Of a DNA stretch of 64,000 nucleotides, positions 38,501-50,382 are shown piece after piece. This DNA comes from Sarea resinae. Its lineage: Eukaryota. The notes beneath the pieces are model-generated. The model searched no databases and was not told the origin of the DNA. It was given only the letters and a program-made list of their open reading frames with translations. Location of the stretch: assembly GCA_026026165.1 (NCBI GenBank), contig JAPEUD010000002.1:372001-436000 (forward strand), read 5' to 3'. How positions within the stretch are numbered: position 1 is the stretch's first letter; every line of letters starts with the position of its first letter. The translations under genes were made by a program, and so were the position numbers.

Positions 38501-39698
38501 CGCTTTGGCCGCTCTCGAGAATAACGCGAAACCGGGAAATGGAAAGTCCGCATCAAAAGGGAAGAGATCGAAGGATGAAGATTCGAAGATAGATAATGAA
38601 AGCAGTGGTCGGGCGACACCAAGCACTACGAGCTCGCGCGGAGTCAAGAGGGCTAGGCACGCTCATCATCACCCCCCTCATCACCACCACCACCACCATC
38701 ATCACCATCATCACCACCACAAGCCAGACGAAGAACTTTCCTCGCCAGCTTTCTCTCAGGTCGTCAACACGAATGTCACCCCTTTCAGCTCAGCAAAACA
38801 GGCAACGTCTCCACCGCAGGCTGCCAGTAATGCTACAGCTCCGACGACGCATAATCATCTTCACCCACATCATCATCACCATCACCATACACCTAAAGCA
38901 TCGACGACAGCTCCTCCAACCCCTCAAGCAACGACCACAGTGCTCAGCCAGAGCGTCCTCGATAGCGTCTCTCGTCTACCAAGACACCATCTCGGATCAA
39001 CTCTCTATGCGCCTCGCGTCACCCTACCTCCTTCCTCCGCTCCTCCAGAGATTGTCAAATTTGGTTACACGACTGTCCCCTCACCACTGCCACGTTTTGA
39101 GGGGAAAGAGAACTGTACCTTCACTGTTCGTGTCCCGAGATTTTACCTCGCGAAAGGCCAAAGAGAAGAGATCTGCAGACGAAGAGCGGTGTGGGGTGCA
39201 GACATCTATACTGATGATTCTGACCCGGTAGCTGCCGCTGTTCATTCAGGGTGGATTCGTGGAGAGTGGGGAGATGTTGCCCAACCCTCGTTACTTGAAT
39301 CAGATTCTTCCGACACGCCGAAGTCGACGAAAGCGGCTAAGGCTGTCAAGAAGCCGATAGAAATTCCTGGGATGCCTCCGGCTTCTGGGCCGGTGGATCC
39401 TCTACCGGATCGTGACCTACATCTCACCCTAGTCGTTCTTCCGCCCCTCCAAGCCTACGCGTCGACAGTAGCTCACGGCGTCCGGTCGCGATCCTGGGGT
39501 GACAATCACGACGGGATGAGCTTCAAGATTGAAAGTATCTCTTGGGTGGATGAGGGCCCCGAGCGGGGCGAGCTTCGCGGAGGTGAAGCACGTCGAAAGA
39601 GGTTAAGGGCCAGTCATTTCGGCCACGCAACTGGGATGCGTCTCAATATCCAGGGGATCACTGGAGAGAGCGGCAGGATGGCAGTCGTTGTTGCTTAA
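35559..39698 (+). CDS. RXT3: Rpd3L histone deacetylase complex subunit Rxt3, with a long low-complexity N-terminus
   Basis: C-terminal Rxt3 domain VWGADIYTDDSDPVAAAVHSGWI...SRSWGDNHDGMSF, preceded by ENCTFTVRVPRFYL. Exons 35559-36036, (36106-36131 optional), ~36619/36629-36913, ~37066-39698. Confidence 0.88.
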
Positions 39699-40700
39699 TG
39701 ATCTCCTATACATCTCTGATTGGGAATTGGAGCAAAGCTAATGATATCACATCTGTTGCGGCGTCTGGCGGGCGGCCATATATATAATCCGCGAATCGTC
39801 TCATGTTCACTTTGATCTTGTTATTTAACCTACCTTGCTTGTTACGATAGCGGGCGGAGCATATGTAGAGCGAGTTCTGTTATTGTTGTTCGAGATAGTA
39901 GAAGAGTATACATTGTCATGCGATATGTAGTTTTCTCGTCTAGGCCTTCCCGACCATTTATCTGACCCCTGGGGATGCACTCAGAGTATGAGCCGATCGA
40001 TCCCAGTCTGGTCACGGCTGGCACCCAGGTAATCTGTGGGGTAAAAGCTCCCGCGGCCTGCAAGTATGGAGTACCCGGTACTTGCCGATAGCAGTGCGGT
40101 GATCGGCTGTAGAAGTGACCTCACCCTCTGCCGTCATCAAGCCGGACGGGCTTCAAGGCCGAGGCCATGATACAATCACATGCATGTGTGACACTCGGTT
40201 TTCGGCGGCAATGGATGGTGATTGGAATGGAATGCGGATGGAGGTTGAGGGCGAGGGTGAGAGTCAGGCAGGGCCAGTGCCTTGAATCATAGCCGGCGAG
40301 TGGGAATGTGATCAGGTGGGCGTCTTTTGGGGTAGAGAAGTGATAGAGGGAGGATAAAGGGTTGATGCTTAGTCTCTCGTCCTCCTAGAATTCTACTTTG
40401 GTCAATCAATCAATACTGTGGCTTCGACTCTTGAGTCTTAGGTTTCTTGATGACTTGACTATCCTGATTTACGCAGACTCCCCATCACCATCATCATCAC
40501 CATCATCGTAGCACTTGGCCGATGTCCATTTGTCCCCTGGAGTTATCGGCATTGCTTATTTGAGTTTTCTTTATTACTTCTGTTTCTCTGTGGCCATTCT
40601 CCATGAGACCTGGATCTCTGCTTGAGCCAGTTGGCCTTTGGAGCCAATGACCTTATACCCAACTGACAGCATTACGAATCGACGAGCCTAGTTTCAAAAG

Positions 40701-43025
40701 ATGATAGGTATTGAACTATGAAGTCCTCTAGCTAAAGGCGTGTTGCTAACTCCCAAGACCATGTGCTTGGCCGGCCATCGGTGCGCTTCCGCAAGCTCCA
40801 GGTGCTCGCAGTGGTCTCTCTGTGGTCTGGATTTCTGTTAGGGTAAGAGTACGACGATTAGCACTTTGAATCTAGCTGACATCTCCAGTGGCAACCGTCA
40901 TGGCCCTCCGTTCCTCCGCAAAATCTCGAAGAAGCTTACACCGCGCCTTACAGCATGGCAGACGATGATCATAAGCATGTTGTGGCTTTATGTTGCCCGT
41001 AATTTCGATAAATTGCTGGAGTTGGAGTGCCCGGAACCTCTCGCCAATCTCTATAGCCCATCCTATTTCCGCGCAACTTGGGTGACGACAGCGCTAGATG
41101 CCGGATTTTGGACGGCCATGCGCATTCGTCGCAAATGGCTACGTGATCTGCTGTCAATGGTCTTCTCCGTATATTACCTTTTTGCGGCAGAGCAAGCGGA
41201 CGAGAAAGTCAGAAAGGTTAGAGGGATGTTGACCGTGGAACATCTCCGTGTATCATGGAATAAAGGTACAACACCGTACCTTTCATTTTTCTCGACGATG
41301 CTACGGCCAAGGCTCGCTCGATATCCACCTAGAGCTATCAGAATACCAAGACCGCAGGGGTCTTCGTATAATGAACCTGTTCGCGGCTGGTTGTACTTTG
41401 ACGGCCCAGTTTCCGCGCTCAAAGAGCACACGAAAATGATTCTAGACATTCCCGGCGGGGGTTTTGTAGCTATGGATCCTCGAAAGAACGACGATAAGCT
41501 GCTGGCCTGGGCTGGAAAGACTGGACTGCCTATATTGAGCTTGGATTACAAGAAGGCACCTGAATTCCCGTATCCTTATTCGCTGAACGAGTGCTACGAC
41601 GTCTACCGCACACTTGTCGCTAGCAATGGCCGGTGTATAGGAATGTCAGGGGAAGTTTGTCCACGAATCATCGTCACCGGAGACAGTGCTGGTGGTAATC
41701 TGGCCTGCGGTACCGTTCTGATGATTCTTCAGTCTTCGAGCACGGATGATCGATGGCATAGAGAAGAGGCCTTGCCGACTCCCGAAGGGCTTATTCTCAT
41801 CTACCCGGGTCTGGATATGAACATCGGAAATTGGATGACGGATGACCAGATGGCCCTCATTCGGGAGCGACGTATGCGCAAGACAAACCGTGCGGTGCTT
41901 CGGCGCAAGAGCGAAGACTATAGCAACCTCACCCCCGGGACGCCACACCATTCGGACGATGAAGAGGATATGACCTCGTCACCACCGCAGCAGCCACCAG
42001 CCAGCAGGGACGGAAAAACGACAACCGTTCCTTCTCAACACAATATCGACACCTCCCTCTCCTCTGAACCAGATCCAGGCGCCGCGCACATAATCAATCC
42101 CACATCTCCTAATACACTTCATACGCAAGCGACTACAGTCGCCACATCCAAACCCCTGCAGTTGAAAACCCGCCTTGCTATGTCCAGCATGATCTCCTAC
42201 TTCAACGACCGCATCCTTACTCCCGAAATGCTTCGTGCCATGATAATTCTCTACATCGGGCCTCACGCTCGCCCTGACTTCACGACGGACTTTTTGCTCT
42301 CGCCCCTTCTCGCCCCAGAGTCACTGCTTGCCCGCTTTCCTAAAACGCACTTCTTGACCGGCGAGCGAGATCCCCTCGTTGACGACACCGTCATATTTGC
42401 CGGCCGTCTCCGCCAGGCCAAAGCTCACGTCTTTCGCGAACGGCAGGAGCTTGGTCTTGAAAAGGAGAAAGCCGAATTTGACGAGAAGGACGTTGTAGAT
42501 GTTGTACTCATACCAGGCATCTCGCACGGCTTTCTGCAATTTGTCGGCGTTTTTCCAGAGGCGTGGAAGTACATCTTTCAGTGCGCACGCTGGGCGCAGC
42601 AGATTTTTGAACAGGGAGATAGAGATCGTGAGAGCGAGCTGTACGAACAGGATATTGAATCGCCCTTGGTAGAGATACCAGGGAGTGACGGCCACCGTCG
42701 TCGCCATCATCGCCGCACCCTCACTGAGAGCTCCGGTGAAGAGGACAGGCCGCTGGAGATGACATTTTCCAGCCCTGGTAATAATGCCAACACTGACGGA
42801 AACAATCAGCCTAGCACTACTGCTCGAAGCGGCACACGTCGTGGACGGGGCGGCCGCGGAGGACCGAAGTCTCAGCTTCCACAGCCTTCATCTCCTTCTA
42901 GCAACGCAGGACAACCGATGCCTCGGAAACGGAGTCTGGTATCTCTGGCGAGCGAGGAGGACCTGCTGGCGCGGAGAATGAGGGGCTTGGCGGGCGGTCT
43001 CACAGGAGCGACGCAGGGGCAGTAG
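40701..43025 (+). CDS. Hormone-sensitive-lipase-like alpha/beta hydrolase with an N-terminal membrane region, 3 exons
   Basis: 7-nt first exon ATGATAG|GT, then DHVLGRPSVRFRKLQVLAVV. Oxyanion-loop variant DIPGGGF, LDYKKAPEFPYP, nucleophile GDSAGG, Asp in GERDPLVDD, His in GISHGF. Confidence 0.88.
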
Positions 43026-43457
43026 GCTAAAAGGCGAACTCGATAGGGGGCATTAGCATCTTACCTGTATTTATCTTGTAATGCAGGTCCTGGGTTGACC
43101 TGCTTGGTGTCATCCTTTACTCTATACAGATACAGTCAAATGGGAACGACGAAGTACTCCGTAGATAGGAAATGCCTACTAGGTATATATCATACCTCCA
43201 CTACATCTGTATATCAATCAGAGATATTGAACACAAGTCGTTCAACGGGTTCAGGGACCGGACGAGGCCTAGAAGTATCCCTGTACCCCGGTACTTTGTA
43301 CTCTTCCGGTGTCCAAAATACGGCGGACCCAGACCATTCGCTAAAACATTGTGGCACATTTTGGCGGGGCAAAGATCGCCATCCATTGTGCGCCCGATTA
43401 GAGATTTGTACGGGACCGTATCCAAGAGCTGTGATGATTCATGTCGAGTGCAATTCT

Positions 43458-43464
43458 TGACTCA
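43458..43464 (+). promoter_or_regulatory. Gcn4/CpcA response element (TGACTCA) upstream of tryptophan synthase
   Basis: Perfect TGACTCA about 100 bp before the TRP5 ATG (43560), plus near-match TGATTCA at 43435-43441. Amino-acid biosynthesis genes are established cross-pathway-control targets. Confidence 0.6.
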
Positions 43465-43559
43465 CTCTCCAACACCGGACTTCTCCATCTTCTTCAAGAA
43501 ATCCTTCTCACTCCCTCTCACATCCTCTTCAATCCGCAGAGATTGCCTCAATTGACATC

Positions 43560-46150
43560 ATGGAAGGAATCAAGAGAACTCTCGCGCAATGCAAGAAGGA
43601 GCAGCGTGTATGATTGTCCTCCGTGACTATTCGTGATCGGGGACAGAGATGCTGATAGCTATCATCGCCACAGTCGGCACTGGTCACGTATGTGACGGCC
43701 GGTTATCCCCGACCAGAGGAGACGGTGGATATCATGCTGGGCATGGAGGCCGGTGGTGCAGGTAGGAGATCAATGGACATGTCTTGCGCACAAGTGCTCA
43801 AAAATTGGACCAGACATCATAGAGATGGGCTTGCCTTTTACCGATCCAATCGCCGACGGGCCAACGATCCAGAAAGCCAACACCGTAGGGCTCAATTGTC
43901 TCCCATGCGAACATCTGTTGACACTACATGCCCGCAGATCGCATTGAAGCATAATGTCACCGTCGAGTCGACGCTCCAGATGGTGCGCGACGCCCGATCC
44001 AAAGGACTGCGGACGCCAGTAATGCTCATGGGATACTACAACCCATTGCTTAGCTATGGTGAAGAGAGAATGCTCCGGGACTCGAAAGAGGCTGGTGTCA
44101 ACGGATTCATCATCGTCGATCTTCCACCGGAGGAAGCTGTGCGGTTCCGAAACTATTGCACCAAGGCCGGGTGAGTCTTCTTGCGCTGCGGTCGTTTTGC
44201 CACCCACTGACGACGGCACTCTATGGTTAGACTCTCGTACGTTCCGCTTATCGCTCCATCAACCTCTGAATCCAGGATGAAGCTTCTCTGCAAGATCGCA
44301 GACTCCTTCATCTATGTCGTTTCAAGAATGGGAGTCACCGGCGCCTCTGGCACCATGAATGCCGGCCTACCTGCGCTGCTTGATCGCGTACATACCTACT
44401 CTGGTAACGTTCCAGCCGCAGTTGGGTTTGGTGTCAGCACGCGAGACCATTTCCTCAGCGTGGGAGCAATATCCGAGGGTGTCGTCATTGGTAGTCAAAT
44501 CATCACGGTGCTAGGAAATGCCCCTGCTGGTCAGGGAGCAAAGGCAGTAGAAGAGTACTGCGCTTCCATCACAGGCCGAAGGCCTGGTCATGACTCCACG
44601 ACCAGAGAGATTGGCATTGTCGAGACCATGGCAGAGGCAAAGGAGCCAAATGGAGTCAAAGTCGATGCTGTCGTCACAGACGGTGATAGAAATGGCGCCG
44701 GTTTGGCCGATCAGATTGAAGCCTTGAATACCGATGGCGCCGTCGATCCTGCGGTAAGCACATTGTCTAAATGGTTTTGGCTCAGCTGATCGATCTCAGG
44801 CTATCCCTTCACGTTTCGGAGAGTTTGGCGGACAGTATGTTCCTGAATCATTGATGGACTGCCTAGCAGAGCTAGAAGCAGGCTTCAACCAGGCGAGAAA
44901 TGACCCAAAGTTTTGGGAAGAATATCGATCATACTATCCTTATATGGGCAGACCGGGGCAGCTACATCTGGCCGAAAGACTTACCGAGCATGCTGGCGGA
45001 GCCAACATCTGGCTGAAGAGAGAAGACCTGAACCATACTGGAAGCCACAAGATCAACAATGCTTTAGGGCAGATCTTGTTGGCCAGGAGATTGGGAAAAA
45101 CGGAGATTATTGCCGAGACAGGTGCCGGACAACACGGTGTCGCCACCGCAACCGTGTGCGCAAAGTTCGGGATGAAGTGTACTATCTACATGGGGGCTGT
45201 GAGTTTTTATGTATTCGAGCCGATGAAAGTAAATACTGACGACCCAACAGGAGGATGTGCGAAGACAAGCGCTCAACGTTTTCCGAATCAAGCTCCTCGG
45301 CGCCTCGGTCGTCGCCGTCGAAGCTGGCTCTCAAACCCTTCGAGATGCCGTCAACGAGGCCCTCCGCGCCTGGGTTGTCAAGCTCTCCACAACACACTAT
45401 ATTATCGGCTCGGCCATTGGCCCACATCCCTTTCCTACCATTGTCCGAACCTTCCAGTCGGTCATCGGCAACGAGACCAAGGAGCAAATGCAACGTCTGC
45501 GTGGCAAACTCCCTGATGCCGTTGTCGCTTGTGTCGGCGGCGGCTCCAACGCCGTAGGAATGTTTTACCCCTTCTCCAAGGACCCATCCGTCAAGCTTCT
45601 TGGCGTCGAAGCTGGTGGCGATGGTCTCGATACTGCTCGCCATTCTGCCACCCTGACGGGGGGGTCCAAGGGTGTGCTTCACGGCGTGCGCACCTACGTG
45701 CTCCAGAACCGTCATGGCCAGATCTCGGACACGCACTCGGTCTCGGCTGGCCTCGATTACCCCGGCGTCGGGCCCGAGCTCTCATCCTGGAAGGACAACG
45801 ATCGCGCCAAGTTCATTGCCGCCACTGACGCGCAGGCCTTTGAAGGCTTCCGTCTCATCTCGCAGCTCGAAGGCATCATTCCCGCGCTCGAGACCGCCCA
45901 CGCCGTCTGGGGCGCTCTGGAGCTCGCCAAGACCATGGAGAAGGGAAAGGATGTGGTGATCTGTTTGAGCGGTAGGGGCGACAAGGACGTCCAGAGCGTG
46001 GCTGAGGAGTTGCCCAAGCTGGGTCCGCAGATTGGCTGGGATTTGAGATGTAAGTTGTTTTTCTTTTTCTCTCATTTCAGGGGCCGATATCCGTCCGTGA
46101 AATGATTGCTCTGATCTGGGTGCTGACATCTTTCGCTTCCAACAGTTTGA
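43560..46150 (+). CDS. TRP5: Tryptophan synthase (fused alpha-beta), multi-exon
   Basis: [57 protein letters not shown]; beta domain [29 protein letters not shown] (PLP lysine), [35 protein letters not shown]; last exon 46146-46150 gives WDLRF*. Confidence 0.97.
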
Positions 46151-46449
46151 GTGGCAAGGAAAAAGGCATCCTTGATTTAGACAAGAAGTCATGAATGAAT
46201 TCGATTGGTAATGGTGTGTCGAAAACGTCGTCTATCCGCGACACTCGGATCGATGGTTAGATGTGAATATCAAGCGACTCGCCCACGAAAACTGTACATG
46301 GTCCACCCCATTCGCCTCTCACGGACCTCGGGGGTATATATTCTCAAGGAGCTACGCTACGAAGACCCAAGGTACATTGCGGAATGAGAGCTGTGCTGGC
46401 GTGAAGTTGTAGACCTTTTTTAAAACGCACGTTACTCTAACTCGTATAT

Positions 46450-47449
46450 ATTGCCTGCCTGCCTGCGTTTTCGAAGAGTCAAAAAGAGAGAGAGAGAGGG
46501 AGGAAAGAGTCCCATATCATCAATCACCTGATGATTCATTCATTCGTTCATTCATGCATGATAGCAGTCCCATCCCATGTCCCAATCATAGGGTGAAAAA
46601 AGGGTGGAAGTGCAGCGACTTTTTGTTTTTAGAATTTATCCCATGTTCGACCCCTCTCCGCCCCCCCGCCCCCCCAACTCCCCCCCCCCAAAAAGCTTTG
46701 CTTCAATAGTAATTGATTGACCCTCGAAAAGAATGATCGTAATAGGGATGATGATGCGTGGGTGCGTAGGTGCTAAGTGCCATCTTATCTTATCCTTATC
46801 TTTTATCTTTGTATCTTCCGATCCCTAGTGGGTGCATGGATGGTGACGGAAACAGAAACAGGTGAGTCCACTGAGTGATTCAACATAAAACGGAAAACGG
46901 AAAACGGAAAACAGTAAAGCACCAAAACGTAAAAGACCGCACTGCACTGCACCGCACCGTCTTTTGCTGTTTTGATTTTTGGATTCGCCAACCAGGGACA
47001 AAGGAACGGCGGGGGGGGCCCGGGACAGGGGGGGCATAGGGGTAAAGAAAAAGAAATGGTCGGTCAACATTGCCGATCGAATGAGAATGGGGAAAATAGA
47101 AATGGAAATGTCATGTTTGACGTGACTTGACGTGACCTGAGTTGAGTTGAGTTGATTGAGTTGATTGACTTGAGTTGCTGGACGGGCCGAGGTATGTATG
47201 GCCTCGTGTTCCCCGCGTCCCGCTTTTTGATATCCCCCTTTTTGCTTCCTGTGATTGTGGTAGATAGAGAAGACGACGCTGGGTTAGGAAAGGAAAGAAA
47301 GAATGAAGGGAGGAAAGAAAGGAGGAAAGAAAGGAGGAAAGAAAGACAGTGGTGGTGGTGGTGCTGAAGGATGGGATGGGATCGAGATGGTTGGTTGAGA
47401 GGTTTTGTCAAGGCTGAGTTATAGATTAAAGATTAAAGGTCCCACATGC

Positions 47450-47487
<38 letters not shown>

Positions 47488-47506
47488 AGAGTACTCGAGG
47501 TTTTGT
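46450..47506. repeat. Microsatellite and poly-C/poly-G cluster between convergent TRP5 and LanC-like genes
   Basis: (GA)n ~46485-46498, (TTCA)n ~46534-46555, C-tracts 46651-46689, (AAAACGG)n ~46887-46912, G-tracts 47008-47043, (GTTGA)n ~47140-47175, GGAAAGAAAGGA repeats ~47287-47345, (AG)n 47452-47483. Confidence 0.95.
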
Positions 47507-49168
47507 TTATATGTCGTTGAACCCGATGACGCGGATCTTGTCTGCTTCTTCCTCTTCTTCTTCGATGTCGGCGTCTTCGGCGGCGGCGGCGGCGGTGGTG
47601 GTGGTGGCGGCGAAGGAGGCTATGGCCCAGGCCCAGGCTCGGCCGCCTTCGCCATGCCAGAGCGAGACGCGGTTGTCGTGGTCGTTGTGATTGTCGTCGT
47701 CGTCGCTGTTACTGTTACTACTTGTCGTCGTTGTCGTCGTTGCCGTTGATGTCACCACCATATTGTCCTTGTTCTGCTGCATCAGCCGAGTTTTCCCCTC
47801 CATCTCCGTCGTGGCCTCGGTCGTCGTCAGTAGCATCAGAGCCAAAAGCGACTCCATCTCCCCCCTAGGCAGCGCGAGCGAAATGCCTGTGATCCCGTGA
47901 CACAAGCCGGGATCTCCCTCTCCCTCTCGCTTGGTCAGAAGATCGCGGTGGCAAGCTTCGAGGATGCGGGCCCGGCCTCGGGCGACGGCGGCGTCGATGG
48001 CGGCGTGGAGGTCGTGGTAGTGGGGCCGGAGTGAGAGGAGGCTTGATAGGATCCCTGGGGTGCCGTTGCTAAAGTGCATTTGTGGGGAAGCATCTGTGTC
48101 TTGGTCTTTTCCTTTGTTTTCCTCTGCGATTGTGTCTGGGTTTGGGTTTGGGTCCGAGTCATTTTCGGTTTGGGTCGGGGCTGGAGTTGGGCTGGGGATA
48201 AGGTCTTTGATCTCGTTTTCAGATTTTTCATTTTCTTCCGGCGCTTGTGAGGAATGGGAAGGGGAAGAGACGGGAGGAGAGGAATGAGAGAAACTAAAAG
48301 AAGTATGCGAAGGCCAGTTTCCGTCCTCGAGCTGAGCTGTGAGCAGATCCTCAAGATCACCCCTGACGTCTTCGGCCCGGCTCGGGCACGAGAGCACAAT
48401 CTGCGTTAGGATGCCTGCAATCCCGTGCACGGCGCCGAGATAGACATGCCCAGCCAGGTTCTTCTTCTTCACACCACCAGCACGTGTACGAGCCACGCAC
48501 CATCGTGGCCTCTTCTGCTCCTGCTGCTGCTGCGACGGATGCGGTGCCAAGAGCGCCTCGATCGTCTCATCCTCGGCATTTCGAATCTCCCGCTGCAGTC
48601 GCGTGTCGTGCGTGAAGACCGAGGACGTCCTGACGAGTCGCAGTAGATACAAGTATCCAGCGAGGCCGGACAGCCAATCGGGGGCTGGCACGGGCGGCGT
48701 CTCCATTGCCTCCGGCGCCGCGCTGGACGACGGCTGGTGGTGGTGGGCAAGCGTGAGCGTCTCAGCATAGGAGCAGAGACTTAGCGCGGCGATTTCGTCG
48801 CCCGATATACTCGCGCTCAGGGCCAGCGCCGCCAGCGCTGAGGAGCCAATGCCGTTCCTCGCCAGCGTGGCATCAGTGCCATAGTGCTCTTGAGCGGCAA
48901 GACCCTGACGGAGGTAGGCGATGCTCCAGTGACGGAGCGGCCGGGACTTGATGTGCAGGGCGGGCTCCAGTCCCCCGTGGGTTGCGTCCAGGCGGAGGAA
49001 GAGATACGAGAGGGAGAGAGGGCCCGAGTAGAGGCCACGGCCGGCCGAGGTGGGCTTCTGGTCTGGTGGGGAATTGGCGACGATGTGCGTTAGAGAGGTG
49101 CGGAGCTGGGCGGCCGGCTCTCCTTCTCTGAGCGGCAGAGGTGCAAAGGTTGGAAGGTGGCGAGGCAT
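47507..49168 (-). CDS. Lanthionine synthetase C-like (LanCL) protein with low-complexity insertions
   Basis: Single ORF of 553 aa with LanC alpha/alpha-barrel GxxG repeats: GLYSGPLSLSYLF, DWLSGLAGYLYLLR, YLGAVHGIAGILTQ, GNWPS, HFSNGTPG, GLCHGITG, SLWHGEGGRAWAW. Confidence 0.85.
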   Translation of the reverse strand: MPRHLPTFAPLPLREGEPAAQLRTSLTHIVANSPPDQKPTSAGRGLYSGPLSLSYLFLRLDATHGGLEPALHIKSRPLRHWSIAYLRQGLAAQEHYGTDATLARNGIGSSALAALALSASISGDEIAALSLCSYAETLTLAHHHQPSSSAAPEAMETPPVPAPDWLSGLAGYLYLLRLVRTSSVFTHDTRLQREIRNAEDETIEALLAPHPSQQQQEQKRPRWCVARTRAGGVKKKNLAGHVYLGAVHGIAGILTQIVLSCPSRAEDVRGDLEDLLTAQLEDGNWPSHTSFSFSHSSPPVSSPSHSSQAPEENEKSENEIKDLIPSPTPAPTQTENDSDPNPNPDTIAEENKGKDQDTDASPQMHFSNGTPGILSSLLSLRPHYHDLHAAIDAAVARGRARILEACHRDLLTKREGEGDPGLCHGITGISLALPRGEMESLLALMLLTTTEATTEMEGKTRLMQQNKDNMVVTSTATTTTTTSSNSNSDDDDNHNDHDNRVSLWHGEGGRAWAWAIASFAATTTTAAAAAEDADIEEEEEEADKIRVIGFNDI

Positions 49169-50382
49169 TCTGTATTTTTGTGCTGCTTCAGTCCTTGATG
49201 GTCGATACGGATTCGAAAAGCAAAGGTATCGGATGCGGTAGAAGCTGGATAATTTCTGTCTTCTACTTCCTGACTTCCTCTCTTCCTTGTTGGCTTTGAA
49301 GGAGACTCCTTCCCTCGGAGAGCTCTAAAGAGCTGCTTGGTGCAGCTCGAGTGTACCGTGATTGCATTGGCAAATAGACCGGAAATGATGGTGGCCCGAG
49401 ACGATAGAGAGCGCAGCAAGAGGAGGCTATCAAGCAACGCAATGTGTGTCTTTGTGTGTGATCATGGCACTCACAGGTCCGGATGGTGATAATAGAAGGC
49501 AGAAGAGCGACAAGTTACGATCAGCATGGGCATTGACATTCGTTGGCATTTGCTGGCATGGTATTGTCTCTCTCTTCGATGCGACATATCGCGGGGCGTA
49601 AGATAAGCATCGATGAATGGCCAAGCGGTGCCCTGAACCCTGAGGCTCGATCCAGATGTTTATGACGTGCTCATGAGAGATGGCCGACCTGAAGTACTAC
49701 CGGGTCAGGTATGCAGGCAAGGTCGCCTCAGGTAGCCCGAGCAGAGTAGTCGACCAAAGGGGCAATCATCGAGACGGTCACGACGGGGCAGGCGAAAAGA
49801 GGGCGGAAAAGTGATACGATGGGCGTCCATGATGGCATGCGACGATACGAAAGTGATATGATATCGATGTCAGCCACTGGCGAAGATCGACGGCCTTAGC
49901 TTGCCTGTCCGGTGCTGCAATCATTCAGCCCTCGGACCAGGCCATAAATAGAGGGGTAGAGGGCAGAGGGGCAATTTGCAGCACCTTTGCAGCACTTCGC
50001 AGCACTACGATAGTGCTGTACCGCAGTGAGCCTTCGCGAGCTTTTGCAGGGTCCTCTGCTGTACCCCACCACCAAGGTGACGTCAAAGCCATCAGTGGCT
50101 CGGATGGCTCCATAGCTCCCGTCCACCATCACCCAGTCGGTCCCTAGTCTTCACGCTCGTCTCTAGTCGCCCATCTTAATGCTTGAGTCGCACTTCGTAC
50201 AAGGTAGATTGAGCGATTACCCTACACAGGTAAGGTGAAGACTAGATACATAGATGCCATGTGGCGACGGACTGTCGTTTGCTGCACATCTATGAGCATC
50301 CACCTCGAAGAGCCTGCCGCATTGAATGAGAAATCAAAGAAATGCAAGTGGATCCCCTGCTATCGAAAAGACATGCGGATTT

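Noticed and set aside
41446..41466. DIPGGGF replacing HGGGF in the lipase as a sign of inactivation
   Set aside because: The Gly-rich oxyanion loop and the Ser-Asp-His triad are intact, so this is probably a subfamily variant.
47507..50300. Fungal lanthipeptide/RiPP cluster around the LanC-like gene
   Set aside because: No LanB/LanM-type dehydratase, repetitive precursor ORF, DUF3328 protein or transporter is visible; stand-alone LanCL genes are normal in eukaryotes.
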